From Acidilobaceae archaeon (lineage in GTDB: Archaea; Thermoproteota; Thermoprotei_A; Sulfolobales; Acidilobaceae), in the NCBI GenBank assembly GCA_038897215.1, contig JAWAWX010000001.1, positions 352,001 through 416,000 of the forward strand: a stretch of DNA of 64,000 bases. Reading direction: 5' to 3'. Shown piece by piece: positions 29,201 to 38,679 of the stretch; the first letter of the stretch is position 1; each line of letters starts with the position of its first letter. A program made the translations under genes and the position numbers. Below the pieces are notes generated by a model. It saw only the letters and a program-made list of their open reading frames with translations. It was not told the origin of the DNA and ran no database searches.

Positions 29201-29686
29201 CTAGACTAGGATCACGTTGAGCTCCGGCATCGCTCTCTTCAGCTCTCTAGCCACAGCCTCCGAGTCTTCGTAGACAGCCTGGATCTCGTACTTGCGCGCC
29301 AGCCTCCTGATAGCCTCCAGCTTGACTACCCACTCGCTCCTACGGTCTCCACTCCTCCTAAAAACAACCTCAGCTACAGCGCTCAGCAAGCCGGCTTCCT
29401 CTAGCTGCTTTAGCGTGATGCTCCTCATAGACTCCGGCCTGCCTGTGACCACGACTACAGCGTAGCCTCGCGAAGCGTAGTCGAGAGCTAGCCTCACGTA
29501 CTCGAGTCTAGGCTCGTCGAGGTAGGCGAACCTCTCGCTCAGAAAGCACTCCCAGAACCTGGCTCTAGGAGCTCCCCGGAGAGACTCGATGCTAGCACCG
29601 CCAACCTCGCTCAAGCACGCCTCAAGTCTTCTCCTCGAGTCCACCAAGACACCATCGACGTCGAAGACTACCGCTCTAGCTCTCAG
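29201..29686 (-). CDS. HAD phosphatase resembling the T4 PNKP 3'-phosphatase domain (CTG start inferred)
   Basis: FDVDGVL (upstream of the ORF-track start), VTGRPE, RR.GDRR.EWVVK, VYED. Confidence 0.8.
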   Translation of the reverse strand: MRARAVVFDVDGVLVDSRRRLEACLSEVGGASIESLRGAPRARFWECFLSERFAYLDEPRLEYVRLALDYASRGYAVVVVTGRPESMRSITLKQLEEAGLLSAVAEVVFRRSGDRRSEWVVKLEAIRRLARKYEIQAVYEDSEAVARELKRAMPELNVILV

Positions 29687-29762
29687 AAGCGTGTCCCCGC
29701 GGAGCGAGAGATGCTGACGCTTATTAGCCTGGAGCAGGGGAGACTGGGGAACAAGTGGAGAA

Positions 29763-29839
29763 GGGCCCGTCGTCTAGCCTGGCAGGACGCCGCCCTTACA
29801 CGGCGGAGGTCCGGGGTTCGAGTCCCCGCGGGCCCACCA
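29763..29839 (+). tRNA. tRNA-Val(TAC), CCA encoded
   Basis: GGGCCCG acceptor stem; anticodon arm CCGCC-CTTACAC-GGCGG; GGTTCGAGTCC T-arm. Confidence 0.97.
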
Positions 29840-29995
29840 GGAGCTCTCCACATGCCTCAGCTCAGCTATTCTGCTAGGAGGAATTAGTTTCATCTAGAAG
29901 CAGGGATTATATAGAGTCTATCAAGACTCGTTGAGGAGACCCTCTATTAAAACACACATAGCTCGGTCTAGATCCTCGCTATCGGATGATGGGAG

Positions 29996-30142
29996 ATGCA
30001 GCGGAAGAAGCGTGAAGCCAAGAGTAGGTCTAGAAGGGAGAGAGCGCGCGAGGAAGAAGAGCTATTCAGAATCTTGATGGAGTTGCTCGAACAGCGGCGA
30101 GAAGAGATAAGTCGGTACCTCTCAGCCTATGCTGACTTCTAG
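29996..30142 (+). CDS. Candidate 48-aa charged small protein (MQRKKREAKSRSRRERAREEEELFRILMELLEQRREEISRYLSAYADF)
   Basis: Open frame below the track cutoff; CTATTAAAA TATA-like element at 29944. Confidence 0.4.
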   Translation: MQRKKREAKSRSRRERAREEEELFRILMELLEQRREEISRYLSAYADF

Positions 30143-30244
30143 CTATCGCTTAGAGGCTCTCGCGAGACTCTCTTCTACCGACACACTCTGGAGACTCCGC
30201 TAGACTCGCGTATTGTTCCTCATCGACTTACCGGAGCTCTACGC

Positions 30245-30610
30245 TTAAGAGGTCGGAGAGGGCTTCTCCTTGAGCTCTTCTATCTTCCTGTAGAGCCTTG
30301 CCTCGACCTCTTCTCCCACCAGGTCCGTTACTATCTTCAGGAATACCGTGAACCCGCCCAGTAGTATTATCAAGTAGCCTATGATTATCAGCAAGACTCC
30401 CAGAGGAGCTAGGAGGAGCGGCCGCGCCGCCATCATGGCGAAGCCTAGACCTGCCATCGTGGAGCCTGCTAGCAAGACCACCGCGTATGCTAGAGCTAGG
30501 ACTACTGCTGCTGTGAAGGCTCTACTCCACGACACCAATGTGATCGACCTCGATCCAGCCTGAAGGAGCTGGGGGCTATTTAGTCTTCCTCTCGTCATCT
30601 TCGAGGCCAC
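30245..30610 (-). CDS. Small two-TM membrane protein (true start probably internal, near 30535)
   Basis: Two hydrophobic helices and a charged tail; downstream of MMPL. Confidence 0.55.
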   Translation of the reverse strand: MASKMTRGRLNSPQLLQAGSRSITLVSWSRAFTAAVVLALAYAVVLLAGSTMAGLGFAMMAARPLLLAPLGVLLIIIGYLIILLGGFTVFLKIVTDLVGEEVEARLYRKIEELKEKPSPTS

Positions 30611-33309
30611 CAGTTGAGCCTGCCTAGCGTGCTCACGTAGGCCGGGACTACTAGGAGCCTGGTGGCGAAAGCGTCTACGATGAAGAACGCTGCTATAGCG
30701 AAGCCTATCATCTTGAGCAAGGGTATGGCTGACACCATGAGGGAAGCGAAGGCAATCACGTAGATCGCTGCGAGCACGCTTATGACGACCCCCGTCTTCT
30801 CCACAGCCTCGAGCGCTGAAGTGCTCGCCTCACCGAGCTTCTCATACTCTTCTCGTATCCTAGCTGTGAGGAACGCCTCGAAGTCTACTCCCGTGGATAC
30901 AGCGAACCCCCAAAGGATTATCGGGATGACCCAGTAAAAGAGACTATCGAAAGTGGTGAACGCTGGGAGTTTGAGGTAGTGCTCGAAGAAGAGGCTGGTA
31001 GCCATCAAGCTGACGAGGAGAGCTAGGATTGCTGTAATGAGTATTCTAACCGGTTGGAGAACACTTCCTAGCAGGATGCCCATGACCAGAGCTACGAGGA
31101 GTAGTGCTATGGGTAGTGTTCTCGTGTAGAAGACGTCTACGAGGTCGCTTATAGTATCAGAGAGTAGTGGCGAGACTCCTGTGACATACGCTCTGACACC
31201 GTAGCTTGAGAGAACACTCCTCACCTCGTTGACTACACGTCTGGCTCCATCGCCCAAGGGGTCTTCTCTAATGCCCAGCTCTAAGACCACGTAGGGCTCC
31301 ACTGCTATCACTCTATGCCAGACTACTACTCCCCGCGACTCGAGTTCAGCCACAGCTTCCTCGAGAGCTTCGAGCGAGTCCTCGGAGACGACTGTTAGAG
31401 TCGAGAATCTCGATATATCGAATCGAGTGAAGAGAATCTCACTAGCCTTAACGAAGTCGGAGTCTAGAGGGAAGCTCAGATAAACGTTCTGAGTTACTGG
31501 AGTGTGCACTATGAAGTATAACCCTACTGCTAGAATCGCGAGAGAAGCCACTATAACCAGCACTCGATGCTCCACAGCTCTAGACGCGACCGCTCTAAGC
31601 CTAGGGCCCAGGCTTCTAGCCGGTATCCTCAGCTCTCTCCTAGGCCAGGCTAGTAGCCTCTCTCCCGCTAGCATTAGTATTGCCGGAGTTAGAGTGAGGC
31701 TGGCGATGAATGCCACCCCCACGCTGATGAGTAGAGCCACGCCTATGCTACGCAAGAGCTCGTGCCCACTGAAGATGAAGGCGGAGAAGCCGGCTAGCCC
31801 CGTAAGGCCTCCTAGAGCTAGAGCTATCGAGACTCTACGCCAAGCCTCTACAACAGCATCGCTCCAGCTCCTCCCCTTCTCTCTCTCCTCCACGACTCTG
31901 AAGAGGTAGTATATCGAGTAGTCTGCTGATATGCTGAAGACGAGCGGCACTATGAATAGCCTAGCGAGGTAGTAGATGTCTGTGTAGAGCGCGGCCACGC
32001 TGATAGCTCCAAACGCTGTAGTCAGAGACGCTATCGTGACAGCGAATATCAAGAGAGGAGCCGAGAGCGTGCCCATGAGTGCTATCGTCGTGAGTAGGAG
32101 CGATGCAGCCACTATCTTGTCTATCCTGCCGGTATCCTCCTGGAGAACTCTAAGCCTCTCAGTCTTCATGCTAATAGTGCCGTAGACGTGAAGCTCCTCG
32201 ACGTAGTCAGCCAGCCTCTCTCTTATCGCTTTATCCACTCTCACAGACTCCTCTGTATTAAGTTCCGCGCTCGTGTAGCCGACTGCTAGAGCGTACTCTC
32301 CATCGAGAGAGATGAAGGAGAGCCTGAGCTCCTCCGGGATCCCCTGCGGGAACGGGACGAGCCTAGTCTCGACGAACTGCCTGCACGCACTGATAGCCGA
32401 CGCTGGGCTCTCTCCTCCTCGGGCTCTATCGAAGGCCTCTCGTAGGCACGCATCGACTCTAGCGAGCTCCGAGCCCACGATCTCCGCCGCGATCCTCTCT
32501 GGCTCCGCCACTAGCGCTTTGAACTCCTCGAAGCTCAGAGCTTCTCTGAAGCCAGTTGTCTCGTAGACGTAGCGGAGCACCTTATCGCGGTCTCTGTAGT
32601 CGCTCAAGTCGAAGAACTCGGCTGCCTGAGCTAGACCGGGGTCTAGGCTTCGAGCCAGGTCTATGGCCGCTCTTCTAGCTGCCTCAGCTGGGGGGAGGGT
32701 CTTCTCGTAGCTCGAGAACGCCGCGTAGAAGAAGTCTAGGAGGGGCTTGGCGTCCGGGGGGATGCTCTGGCTGAGCTGGCTGTACGCATAGGAGCCCGGC
32801 TCCGGGTGGTCTTGCTGGAGCGCTGTGAGATAGTAGCCTAGGAATAGCTCGGCTAAGCCGAAGGTCTTGGCTAGACCCTCCTCTAGAGCGTCAGCGGCTG
32901 AGCCCGCTAGGAGAGCCGACTCTACTAGAGCCCCGTAGCTGGAGAGAGCCGACTCCAGCCTCCTGGATAGTTGCTCGAGAGCTGACTCGACTACTCTCGA
33001 GTAGACTGTGTGGGGGCCTACAACTACTCCGCCGAACTCCCTCAACGCGTCTCTAAGAGCTTCCTCGACCAGCATGGAGGTGCGTGCATCAGCAGGCTTG
33101 AATACAACAAGTATGGTCTCTCTAGCTGAGACCAGTATCCCTGCTTCCGTTAGCTTGGATAAGCCAACGTAGCTCTCCAGGTCTCTCCTCAAGAATGCTG
33201 TCTCATCGTACTCAAGCCTCTCATCGAGAACCAGAGCTTGAGAAGCCATAATGACTACGATGATAAGCCACACCACTAGACTCGCTACAGCTACATGCCT
33301 GGCGTTCAC
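30595..33309 (-). CDS. MMPL/RND-family transporter
   Basis: Two-fold 1+5 TM repeat; SADYSIYYLFRVVEE and GVDFEAFLTARIREE; C-terminal NWWP. Confidence 0.9.
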   Translation of the reverse strand: MNARHVAVASLVVWLIIVVIMASQALVLDERLEYDETAFLRRDLESYVGLSKLTEAGILVSARETILVVFKPADARTSMLVEEALRDALREFGGVVVGPHTVYSRVVESALEQLSRRLESALSSYGALVESALLAGSAADALEEGLAKTFGLAELFLGYYLTALQQDHPEPGSYAYSQLSQSIPPDAKPLLDFFYAAFSSYEKTLPPAEAARRAAIDLARSLDPGLAQAAEFFDLSDYRDRDKVLRYVYETTGFREALSFEEFKALVAEPERIAAEIVGSELARVDACLREAFDRARGGESPASAISACRQFVETRLVPFPQGIPEELRLSFISLDGEYALAVGYTSAELNTEESVRVDKAIRERLADYVEELHVYGTISMKTERLRVLQEDTGRIDKIVAASLLLTTIALMGTLSAPLLIFAVTIASLTTAFGAISVAALYTDIYYLARLFIVPLVFSISADYSIYYLFRVVEEREKGRSWSDAVVEAWRRVSIALALGGLTGLAGFSAFIFSGHELLRSIGVALLISVGVAFIASLTLTPAILMLAGERLLAWPRRELRIPARSLGPRLRAVASRAVEHRVLVIVASLAILAVGLYFIVHTPVTQNVYLSFPLDSDFVKASEILFTRFDISRFSTLTVVSEDSLEALEEAVAELESRGVVVWHRVIAVEPYVVLELGIREDPLGDGARRVVNEVRSVLSSYGVRAYVTGVSPLLSDTISDLVDVFYTRTLPIALLLVALVMGILLGSVLQPVRILITAILALLVSLMATSLFFEHYLKLPAFTTFDSLFYWVIPIILWGFAVSTGVDFEAFLTARIREEYEKLGEASTSALEAVEKTGVVISVLAAIYVIAFASLMVSAIPLLKMIGFAIAAFFIVDAFATRLLVVPAYVSTLGRLNWWPRR

Positions 33310-33563
33310 TCAAGTCACCCTACTGAACCCACAATGCAAAGCTACACATTGACTTTCCTTACTTTTAACTCTTACTTAACATTTTAGAGTCTACGTATCT
33401 TTACTACAGTTTTCTAATATGTTAAACGATGGTGCACTATGCTGACAATTACTCACATCACCATAGAACGGTTAAGTCTCCGAGCCTGATGCCGTACGAT
33501 GCCATGAAATCAAGCGAGAAAGCTGAAGTAGAGCTGAGCCGTTTCTCGGAAACCCTGTCTGTA

Positions 33564-34220
33564 TCACGCCACAGGCTTGACCTGCCGTAGCCCACTCCTG
33601 CAGAAGACTATTGCTCGCGAGGCGGCTACCAGAGTCTTGAACGAGCCTCTGGGAAGTACTCCCTTCTCGACTAGAGCCGATATGAGCTCCGCTAACTCCC
33701 TCTCCGTGACGCTCAGCTTCTCAGCTGCTTCTGAGATCGTAGTCGATGATGCTAGGGCTCTGAGTACTCTCTCGTCCTCGCCTCCGACCTCCATGCAGGA
33801 GGCTAGGAATCCGAGAGCCTCCGATAGAGCGCTGTAGACGGCCTCGTACACTATGTCTCTCAGCTCGTTAGCGCTGGCTACCAGGAGGTCTGATAGTAGG
33901 TAGAGCTCTACCCCCAGCTCTCTGGCTAGAGCTAGTGCTCTCTCGTCGGCCAAGCCCCGCCCGACGACAGCCGGCTTCATCCCGAGGACCTTAGCGTTGA
34001 CGTACGCCTGCCTTACTGCATCCACGTCGACAGCCCCACTCTTGACCTCTACAGCGTAGCTCTCTCCTCCTTTCTCCGCTACTAGGTCCACGTCGCTGAC
34101 CTCTACTCCCCCCACGACCACCTTCCTGCGGAAGTCTACCACTCTGAAGCCTAGACTCTCCAGGTACGAGGCCGCTATAGCCTCGGACGCTCTCAGAGCC
34201 CCCCTGCCGCTCTGAGGCAT
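33564..34220 (-). CDS. RecB-like/PD-(D/E)XK endonuclease with C-terminal HTH
   Basis: E..A..YL...GF, DVDLVA, AVEVKSG, Q.YVNA; likely ATG at 34220. Confidence 0.8.
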   Translation of the reverse strand: MPQSGRGALRASEAIAASYLESLGFRVVDFRRKVVVGGVEVSDVDLVAEKGGESYAVEVKSGAVDVDAVRQAYVNAKVLGMKPAVVGRGLADERALALARELGVELYLLSDLLVASANELRDIVYEAVYSALSEALGFLASCMEVGGEDERVLRALASSTTISEAAEKLSVTERELAELISALVEKGVLPRGSFKTLVAASRAIVFCRSGLRQVKPVA

Positions 34221-34368
34221 GGACTGCGCCCCGGTACGCGGGGAGCGAGCTTCTTTAAAGCTTAGACTCGAGATGCTAGAGTAGAGCAATTCTATGTGAC
34301 TCGATGATGCTCGCATAACGCTTATAGGCGTCAGGCTCCCCGGGAGCCGTAGGCGGGGGTATCACCTA

Positions 34369-35418
34369 GTGCCCAGGCTCAGGAGGAGCACTGGTAGCGG
34401 CTTGTTCGAGGTCGGGTTCAGCGCTATAGCCGACTTCTTCTACAGGCTAGTCGAGGTAGCCGACGTCCTGAAAAGCGAGGGGCTCTACTTCAGCTACGGG
34501 CCCGAGAGGCTACCCGATACTATAACGGTCCCAGAGAGGGGGACTCTTAGAGTCAAGTACGGGCTCCCCGTGACTCAGAAAGGCGGAGTCGTAATGGACG
34601 TGACGAGCGTCCAGCAAGCAGAGATTGCTGAGGATGCTGGAGCAGTCGGGGTCATGGTCTTGGATAAGCTACCATACGACCTCAGGAAGAGCGGGGGTGT
34701 AGCTAGGATGGCTGACGTTAAGGCTATAAGGGAGGTCATGGAGTCTATAAGCATAGCAGTAACAGCCAAGGCTAGAATAGGGCACTACTACGAGGCTCTA
34801 GTTCTCGAAGAGCTGGGAATAGACGCGATAGACGAGAGCGAGGTCTTGACGCCCGCTGACGAGCAGAGGCATATAAACAAGTGGCTATTCAGAGTACCCT
34901 TCATAAACGGAGCCAGAGACCTAGGGGAGGCTCTGAGGAGGATATACGAGGGCTCCTCCTGGATCAGAACGAAGGGCGAAGCCGGGACCGGAAACGTGTC
35001 GGAGGCCGTCAAGCACATGAGAGCGATCAACGCTGAGATAGCCAGGATCAGAGTCCTGGCTCCCGAGGATAGGGTTAGAGCTGCTAGAGAGTACGGCGTG
35101 CCCCCCGAGCTGGTAGACCTGACTGCTCGCCTCGGGAGGCTGCCCGTGGTGAACTTCGCCGCCGGGGGTATAGCCACACCAGCTGACGCTGCTCTGATGA
35201 TGTGGCTGGGAGCAGACGGGGTCTTCGTGGGCTCAGGTATATTCAAGAGCGGCGACCCGCAGGCTAGAGCTGAAGCTATAGTCTTGGCTACCGCCTTCTG
35301 GGACGACCCGGAGAAGGTTCTAGAAGCTCAGTCGATGGTCAGCGAGACTAAGTCGATGGTGGGCATAGACATAAGGACGCTGAAGCCCGAGGAGCTACTG
35401 CAGACTCGCGGAGTCTAG
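34369..35418 (+). CDS. pdxS: Pyridoxal 5'-phosphate synthase, synthase subunit
   Basis: [47 protein letters not shown]. Confidence 0.96.
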   Translation: MPRLRRSTGSGLFEVGFSAIADFFYRLVEVADVLKSEGLYFSYGPERLPDTITVPERGTLRVKYGLPVTQKGGVVMDVTSVQQAEIAEDAGAVGVMVLDKLPYDLRKSGGVARMADVKAIREVMESISIAVTAKARIGHYYEALVLEELGIDAIDESEVLTPADEQRHINKWLFRVPFINGARDLGEALRRIYEGSSWIRTKGEAGTGNVSEAVKHMRAINAEIARIRVLAPEDRVRAAREYGVPPELVDLTARLGRLPVVNFAAGGIATPADAALMMWLGADGVFVGSGIFKSGDPQARAEAIVLATAFWDDPEKVLEAQSMVSETKSMVGIDIRTLKPEELLQTRGV

Positions 35419-36026
35419 CGCGCTCTCGCTAGGAGGAGCTTGTGGAGCCTCGTGTCGCTCGTCAGCTCTGGGTGGAAGGAGAGAGCTATCAGCGAGCCCT
35501 GGTCTAGAGCCACTGGGTTCTCGCCGAGCCTCCCCAGCACCTTCACGTCTTCGTCCACGTTGGCGAAGACGGGGGCTCTTATGAATACCGCTCTGTAGGG
35601 CTTCTCGGGCTCGAACGGTATGTCTAGCTTGAGGTCTGCCTCGAATGACTCTCTCTGTCTGCCGAAGTAGTTCCTGATAGCGTCTGCTCTCAGGAGCCCC
35701 AAGCCGCTCCCGTAGCTCCTCCCTGTAGCCTTATCGTAGACGCTCCTAGCTAGCAGAGCAGCGCCAGAGGATACAGCCATAGCGGGAGCCCCCCCGGCTA
35801 CAAGCTCCTGGAGCTTCTCAGCTAGCCCCGATCTCTCCAGGAGCCTCCTCATAGCCGTGAACTCCCCGCCGGGCAGTATGAGAGCCGAGGCCCTCTCCAG
35901 ATCCTCTGGCTTCTTGGCGAGCACTGTCTCGCAGCTAAGCTCGAGCTCTCTACACGCTCTAGAGACCATGTAGACGTGCTCCTCGAAGCCCCCCTGAACT
36001 GCTATGATACCTACTCTGACAGCCAT
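35415..36026 (-). CDS. pdxT: PLP synthase glutaminase subunit (catalytic Cys position reads Ser)
   Basis: [35 protein letters not shown]. Confidence 0.9.
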   Translation of the reverse strand: MAVRVGIIAVQGGFEEHVYMVSRACRELELSCETVLAKKPEDLERASALILPGGEFTAMRRLLERSGLAEKLQELVAGGAPAMAVSSGAALLARSVYDKATGRSYGSGLGLLRADAIRNYFGRQRESFEADLKLDIPFEPEKPYRAVFIRAPVFANVDEDVKVLGRLGENPVALDQGSLIALSFHPELTSDTRLHKLLLARAR

Positions 36027-36144
36027 AGCGAGCCACACACCTGAGGCTCTCGCGGGGCTCGGCTCTTATGTGTATTCATGGAGGCTCTGCTTGTAGCGAT
36101 GACCAGCTAGCTCCCCTAGCTGGCGCTCGCGGAGAGAGCGGAGG

Positions 36145-36624
36145 TCAGACGTGGAGAGGCTCTCTCCTCTCCTCCACTTCATCGCAACTCAAAGCTATGA
36201 CTGAGACCGTTGAGCCCTCTCCTCTGAGCACTAACAGCGCTCCAGGGCTACCGTCTAGCGTGATAGAGTAGACTCTCATCGAGTAGCCGGGGAATCCGCT
36301 GACTACCTCGAGAACGTCTCTGTTCACCAGCCTAGCTGAGCCCACCTCGATCACGTCGGCTGCTCTAACGACTAGGCTGGTCTCTCCCCCAGACTCTTCT
36401 ACGAGAGCTTCAGCGTTATCCTCTCCTACAGTCACGTAGGTGCACTTGCTGACCTGGATCAAAGGGACCAGTCTCGAGCTCGCCTCAGCCACGACTACTC
36501 TTAGCGGTGAGGAGTGGCACACGAAGTGCCCTGTCTCAGCGTCTAGAGCTGAGTGGAGCCCGAGGATCTCCTCGAGGAGACCGGGCGGAGCCTCGAGCCT
36601 CCCAGCCAGGAGCCTCACAGGCAG
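36145..36624 (-). CDS. Hypothetical protein (CTG 36624 or GTG 36618 start)
   Basis: Typical codon usage; GGGGGTG SD; TATA-like element near 36665. Confidence 0.55.
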   Translation of the reverse strand: MPVRLLAGRLEAPPGLLEEILGLHSALDAETGHFVCHSSPLRVVVAEASSRLVPLIQVSKCTYVTVGEDNAEALVEESGGETSLVVRAADVIEVGSARLVNRDVLEVVSGFPGYSMRVYSITLDGSPGALLVLRGEGSTVSVIALSCDEVEERREPLHV

Positions 36625-36747
36625 ACCTGAGCACCCCCAGAGCCGGGCTTAGAGCACCAGCCTCTATAAGTAACTAGCAGGCGAGTCGAGGCAACGCGGG
36701 ACAGAGGAGAGAGTATAAAGGCTGAGGAGCACAAACCCTCGAGAGGA

Positions 36748-36825
36748 GCCGCGGTAGTATAGCCTGGACCAGTATGCGGGCCTGTCAAGCCCGTGACCCG
36801 GGTTCAAATCCCGGCCGCGGCGCCA
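36748..36825 (+). tRNA. tRNA-Asp(GTC), CCA encoded
   Basis: GCCGCGG acceptor stem; CGGGC-CTGTCAA-GCCCG anticodon arm; GGTTCAAATCC; TATAAA at about 36715. Confidence 0.97.
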
Positions 36826-36836
36826 CGCTCCAGCTT

Positions 36837-36895
36837 GGGGATGATGTGTAAGAGGGTCTCCTGAAGCGGTGAGGAGAGCCGGAACAGCGGACCCC
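36837..36895 (+). ncRNA. Box C/D sRNA immediately downstream of tRNA-Asp
   Basis: GGGG - C ATGATGT - guide - D' CTGA - C' GTGAGGA - GAGCCGGAACAG - D CGGA - CCCC. Confidence 0.75.
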
Positions 36896-36963
36896 CTCGA
36901 CTATAAAGCTTTTAAAGGAGGAAAAGCGATCTAGGTGCTCGAGGCTTCGGAGAGGGGCAGGCT

Positions 36964-37596
36964 ATGGATAGAAGAGTCTTGCTCGCTGGAGTCGCGGCCC
37001 TGCTGGCCGTGCTGGTGATAGCCAACGCTGCAGCCTTCGCCTACAGGTGGCTAGCTGGAACCATCCAGATAGCTCCGGCAACACAGGCTACGGGAGCAGC
37101 GTGCACAGGCTTCTACAGCTCCGCCGCTCAGCCGGGCATACCACTGCCTCCGGCGGGCACTAACTATGACGCTACAACCTACGGGGATAACAAGATAACA
37201 GTGACGCCGGGCTTCCCGGTCTGCGAGTTCACATACGGGGGCACGACCTACAAGCTCTACGAGTCGATAACTGTCACCATACCGGTCACTGTGGGGAGCT
37301 GGTACATTAGAGACCTCTACGGCTTCGGCTACGCTCAGGGAACAGGCACTGTCTACGTGTTCCTAAAGGTGGAGGACACTGCCGAGCACCCCGTGACCAT
37401 GGCTCGGCTGATAGTGTACAAGGGCACTGATAAGATCGGAGAGCTAGACCTCACCCAGCTCGGCGCTGTGCTGAGCTTCGAGCTGAGGCCCGGAGAGGGA
37501 GTGCAGCTAGACCTATACTTCAAGGCTGAAGCGCAGGGCACTGTCAGCTTCAAGGTAGGATTCTACGTGAGCCACGAGAACGAGCCGCCGAGGTAG
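36964..37596 (+). CDS. Secreted beta-rich protein, candidate fibre/pilin subunit
   Basis: Sec signal ending ANAA; Thr/Gly/Tyr-rich; two Cys; own TATA and a T-run downstream. Confidence 0.7.
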   Translation: MDRRVLLAGVAALLAVLVIANAAAFAYRWLAGTIQIAPATQATGAACTGFYSSAAQPGIPLPPAGTNYDATTYGDNKITVTPGFPVCEFTYGGTTYKLYESITVTIPVTVGSWYIRDLYGFGYAQGTGTVYVFLKVEDTAEHPVTMARLIVYKGTDKIGELDLTQLGAVLSFELRPGEGVQLDLYFKAEAQGTVSFKVGFYVSHENEPPR

Positions 37597-37629
37597 CCTG
37601 CTTGTAGCCGCGCCAGAGGGCCGCCTCTC

Positions 37630-38679
37630 TTGCCCTCCTCTTTTTTCTCCTCTCTTCTAGCCTCTAGGCGTCTCGCTCTCCTAGCTCTAGCCGTGGGGCT
37701 ACTGTGCTTGCTTCTTCTCTACGGTAAGCTCGTCTGGCTCCCTCTAGCTCTAGTCGGCCCCTCGGGCTCCAGCCCCCCGTTTCTCGGCGCCGCCTCCTAC
37801 CTGCCTCTGCGCGGAGACAGGGTTCTCTACTGCTGGGACCCTCTCAGGACAGCCTGCGCTCTGAGAGAGGCTGGAGCGGGGGGCTTCGGGAGCCCCGCCT
37901 ACTACCTCGTTCTCGAGCTGAGCACCCCGGTCTGGGCTCTCGTCGGCCTCGTAGCAGTCCTCTCTCTAGCATTCTCGGCCTACGTCCTGGCCGGAGGCTC
38001 TCTGAGAGTCCTTGCTGCCGCTGGTCTCGCTCTCATTGCTCTCAACTCTATGGCGGTAGGCTCGCTCTACGTTGACCAGGGCTTGATAGAGTACGCTCGC
38101 CCTCGCGTCGAGGTCACCAGAGTCTACCTAGACCCCGTGCCCGGCGTCTTCAGAGTAGAGCTGTCGCTAGAGGGCTTCACTATGGAGTCAGCATCGTGTA
38201 GAATCGAGGAGCTAGGCTCTCTCGAGACGAGGGTCTCGGGGAGCGCCGTAGAGGCCCTAGTCCCCAGAGACTACTTCACCTGGCTCTACAGCGTGAGGTC
38301 TGCTCAGAGACCCTTCCTGCCGTCCCCCCCGGCGGCTGTCTACGAGGCTTTCAGAGTCTCTTGCTCCATAGAGTTAGACAAGGGGAGGATCGAGGGGGCG
38401 TACGTGGCCTCATTCGCCTGGAGAGAGCCGGAGATCAGCGCCTCCGGGTCTGTTGTAGCGATAGGGAACGGTAACCCCGTAGCCTTAGAGGTCTCTGTGT
38501 TCGTCGTAGACAAGGCGAGGCTAACCACTGCCTGGAGGGGCTCCAAGACTCTGGAGCCTGGAGAAGTCTGGACCCTAGACTTGTCCACGCTCGTCAGCCG
38601 GGGGGTCTACGATGTTAGAGTACAGTACACCTTCCTGGGGTCTGAGAGAGTGAGGGGTGTAGAGGTTAGTGTCGGCTAG
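37630..38679 (+). CDS. Membrane protein with degenerate S26 signal-peptidase-like motifs and C-terminal Ig-like domain
   Basis: TM, then ALVGPSGSSPP...GDRVLY, two more TMs and a beta-rich C-terminus; start codon uncertain. Confidence 0.5.
   Translation: MPSSFFSSLLASRRLALLALAVGLLCLLLLYGKLVWLPLALVGPSGSSPPFLGAASYLPLRGDRVLYCWDPLRTACALREAGAGGFGSPAYYLVLELSTPVWALVGLVAVLSLAFSAYVLAGGSLRVLAAAGLALIALNSMAVGSLYVDQGLIEYARPRVEVTRVYLDPVPGVFRVELSLEGFTMESASCRIEELGSLETRVSGSAVEALVPRDYFTWLYSVRSAQRPFLPSPPAAVYEAFRVSCSIELDKGRIEGAYVASFAWREPEISASGSVVAIGNGNPVALEVSVFVVDKARLTTAWRGSKTLEPGEVWTLDLSTLVSRGVYDVRVQYTFLGSERVRGVEVSVG

Noticed and set aside
29984-30035. Possible C/D sRNA (ATGATG...CGGA...GTGAAG)
   Set aside because: No good terminal D box; the small-ORF reading fits at least as well.
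33486-33526. TGATG...ATGA...CTGA C/D-like pattern
   Set aside because: No C' box and spacing too short.
33564-34220. RecB-like nuclease as part of a defence island
   Set aside because: Stand-alone among housekeeping genes, with no methylase or ATPase partner.
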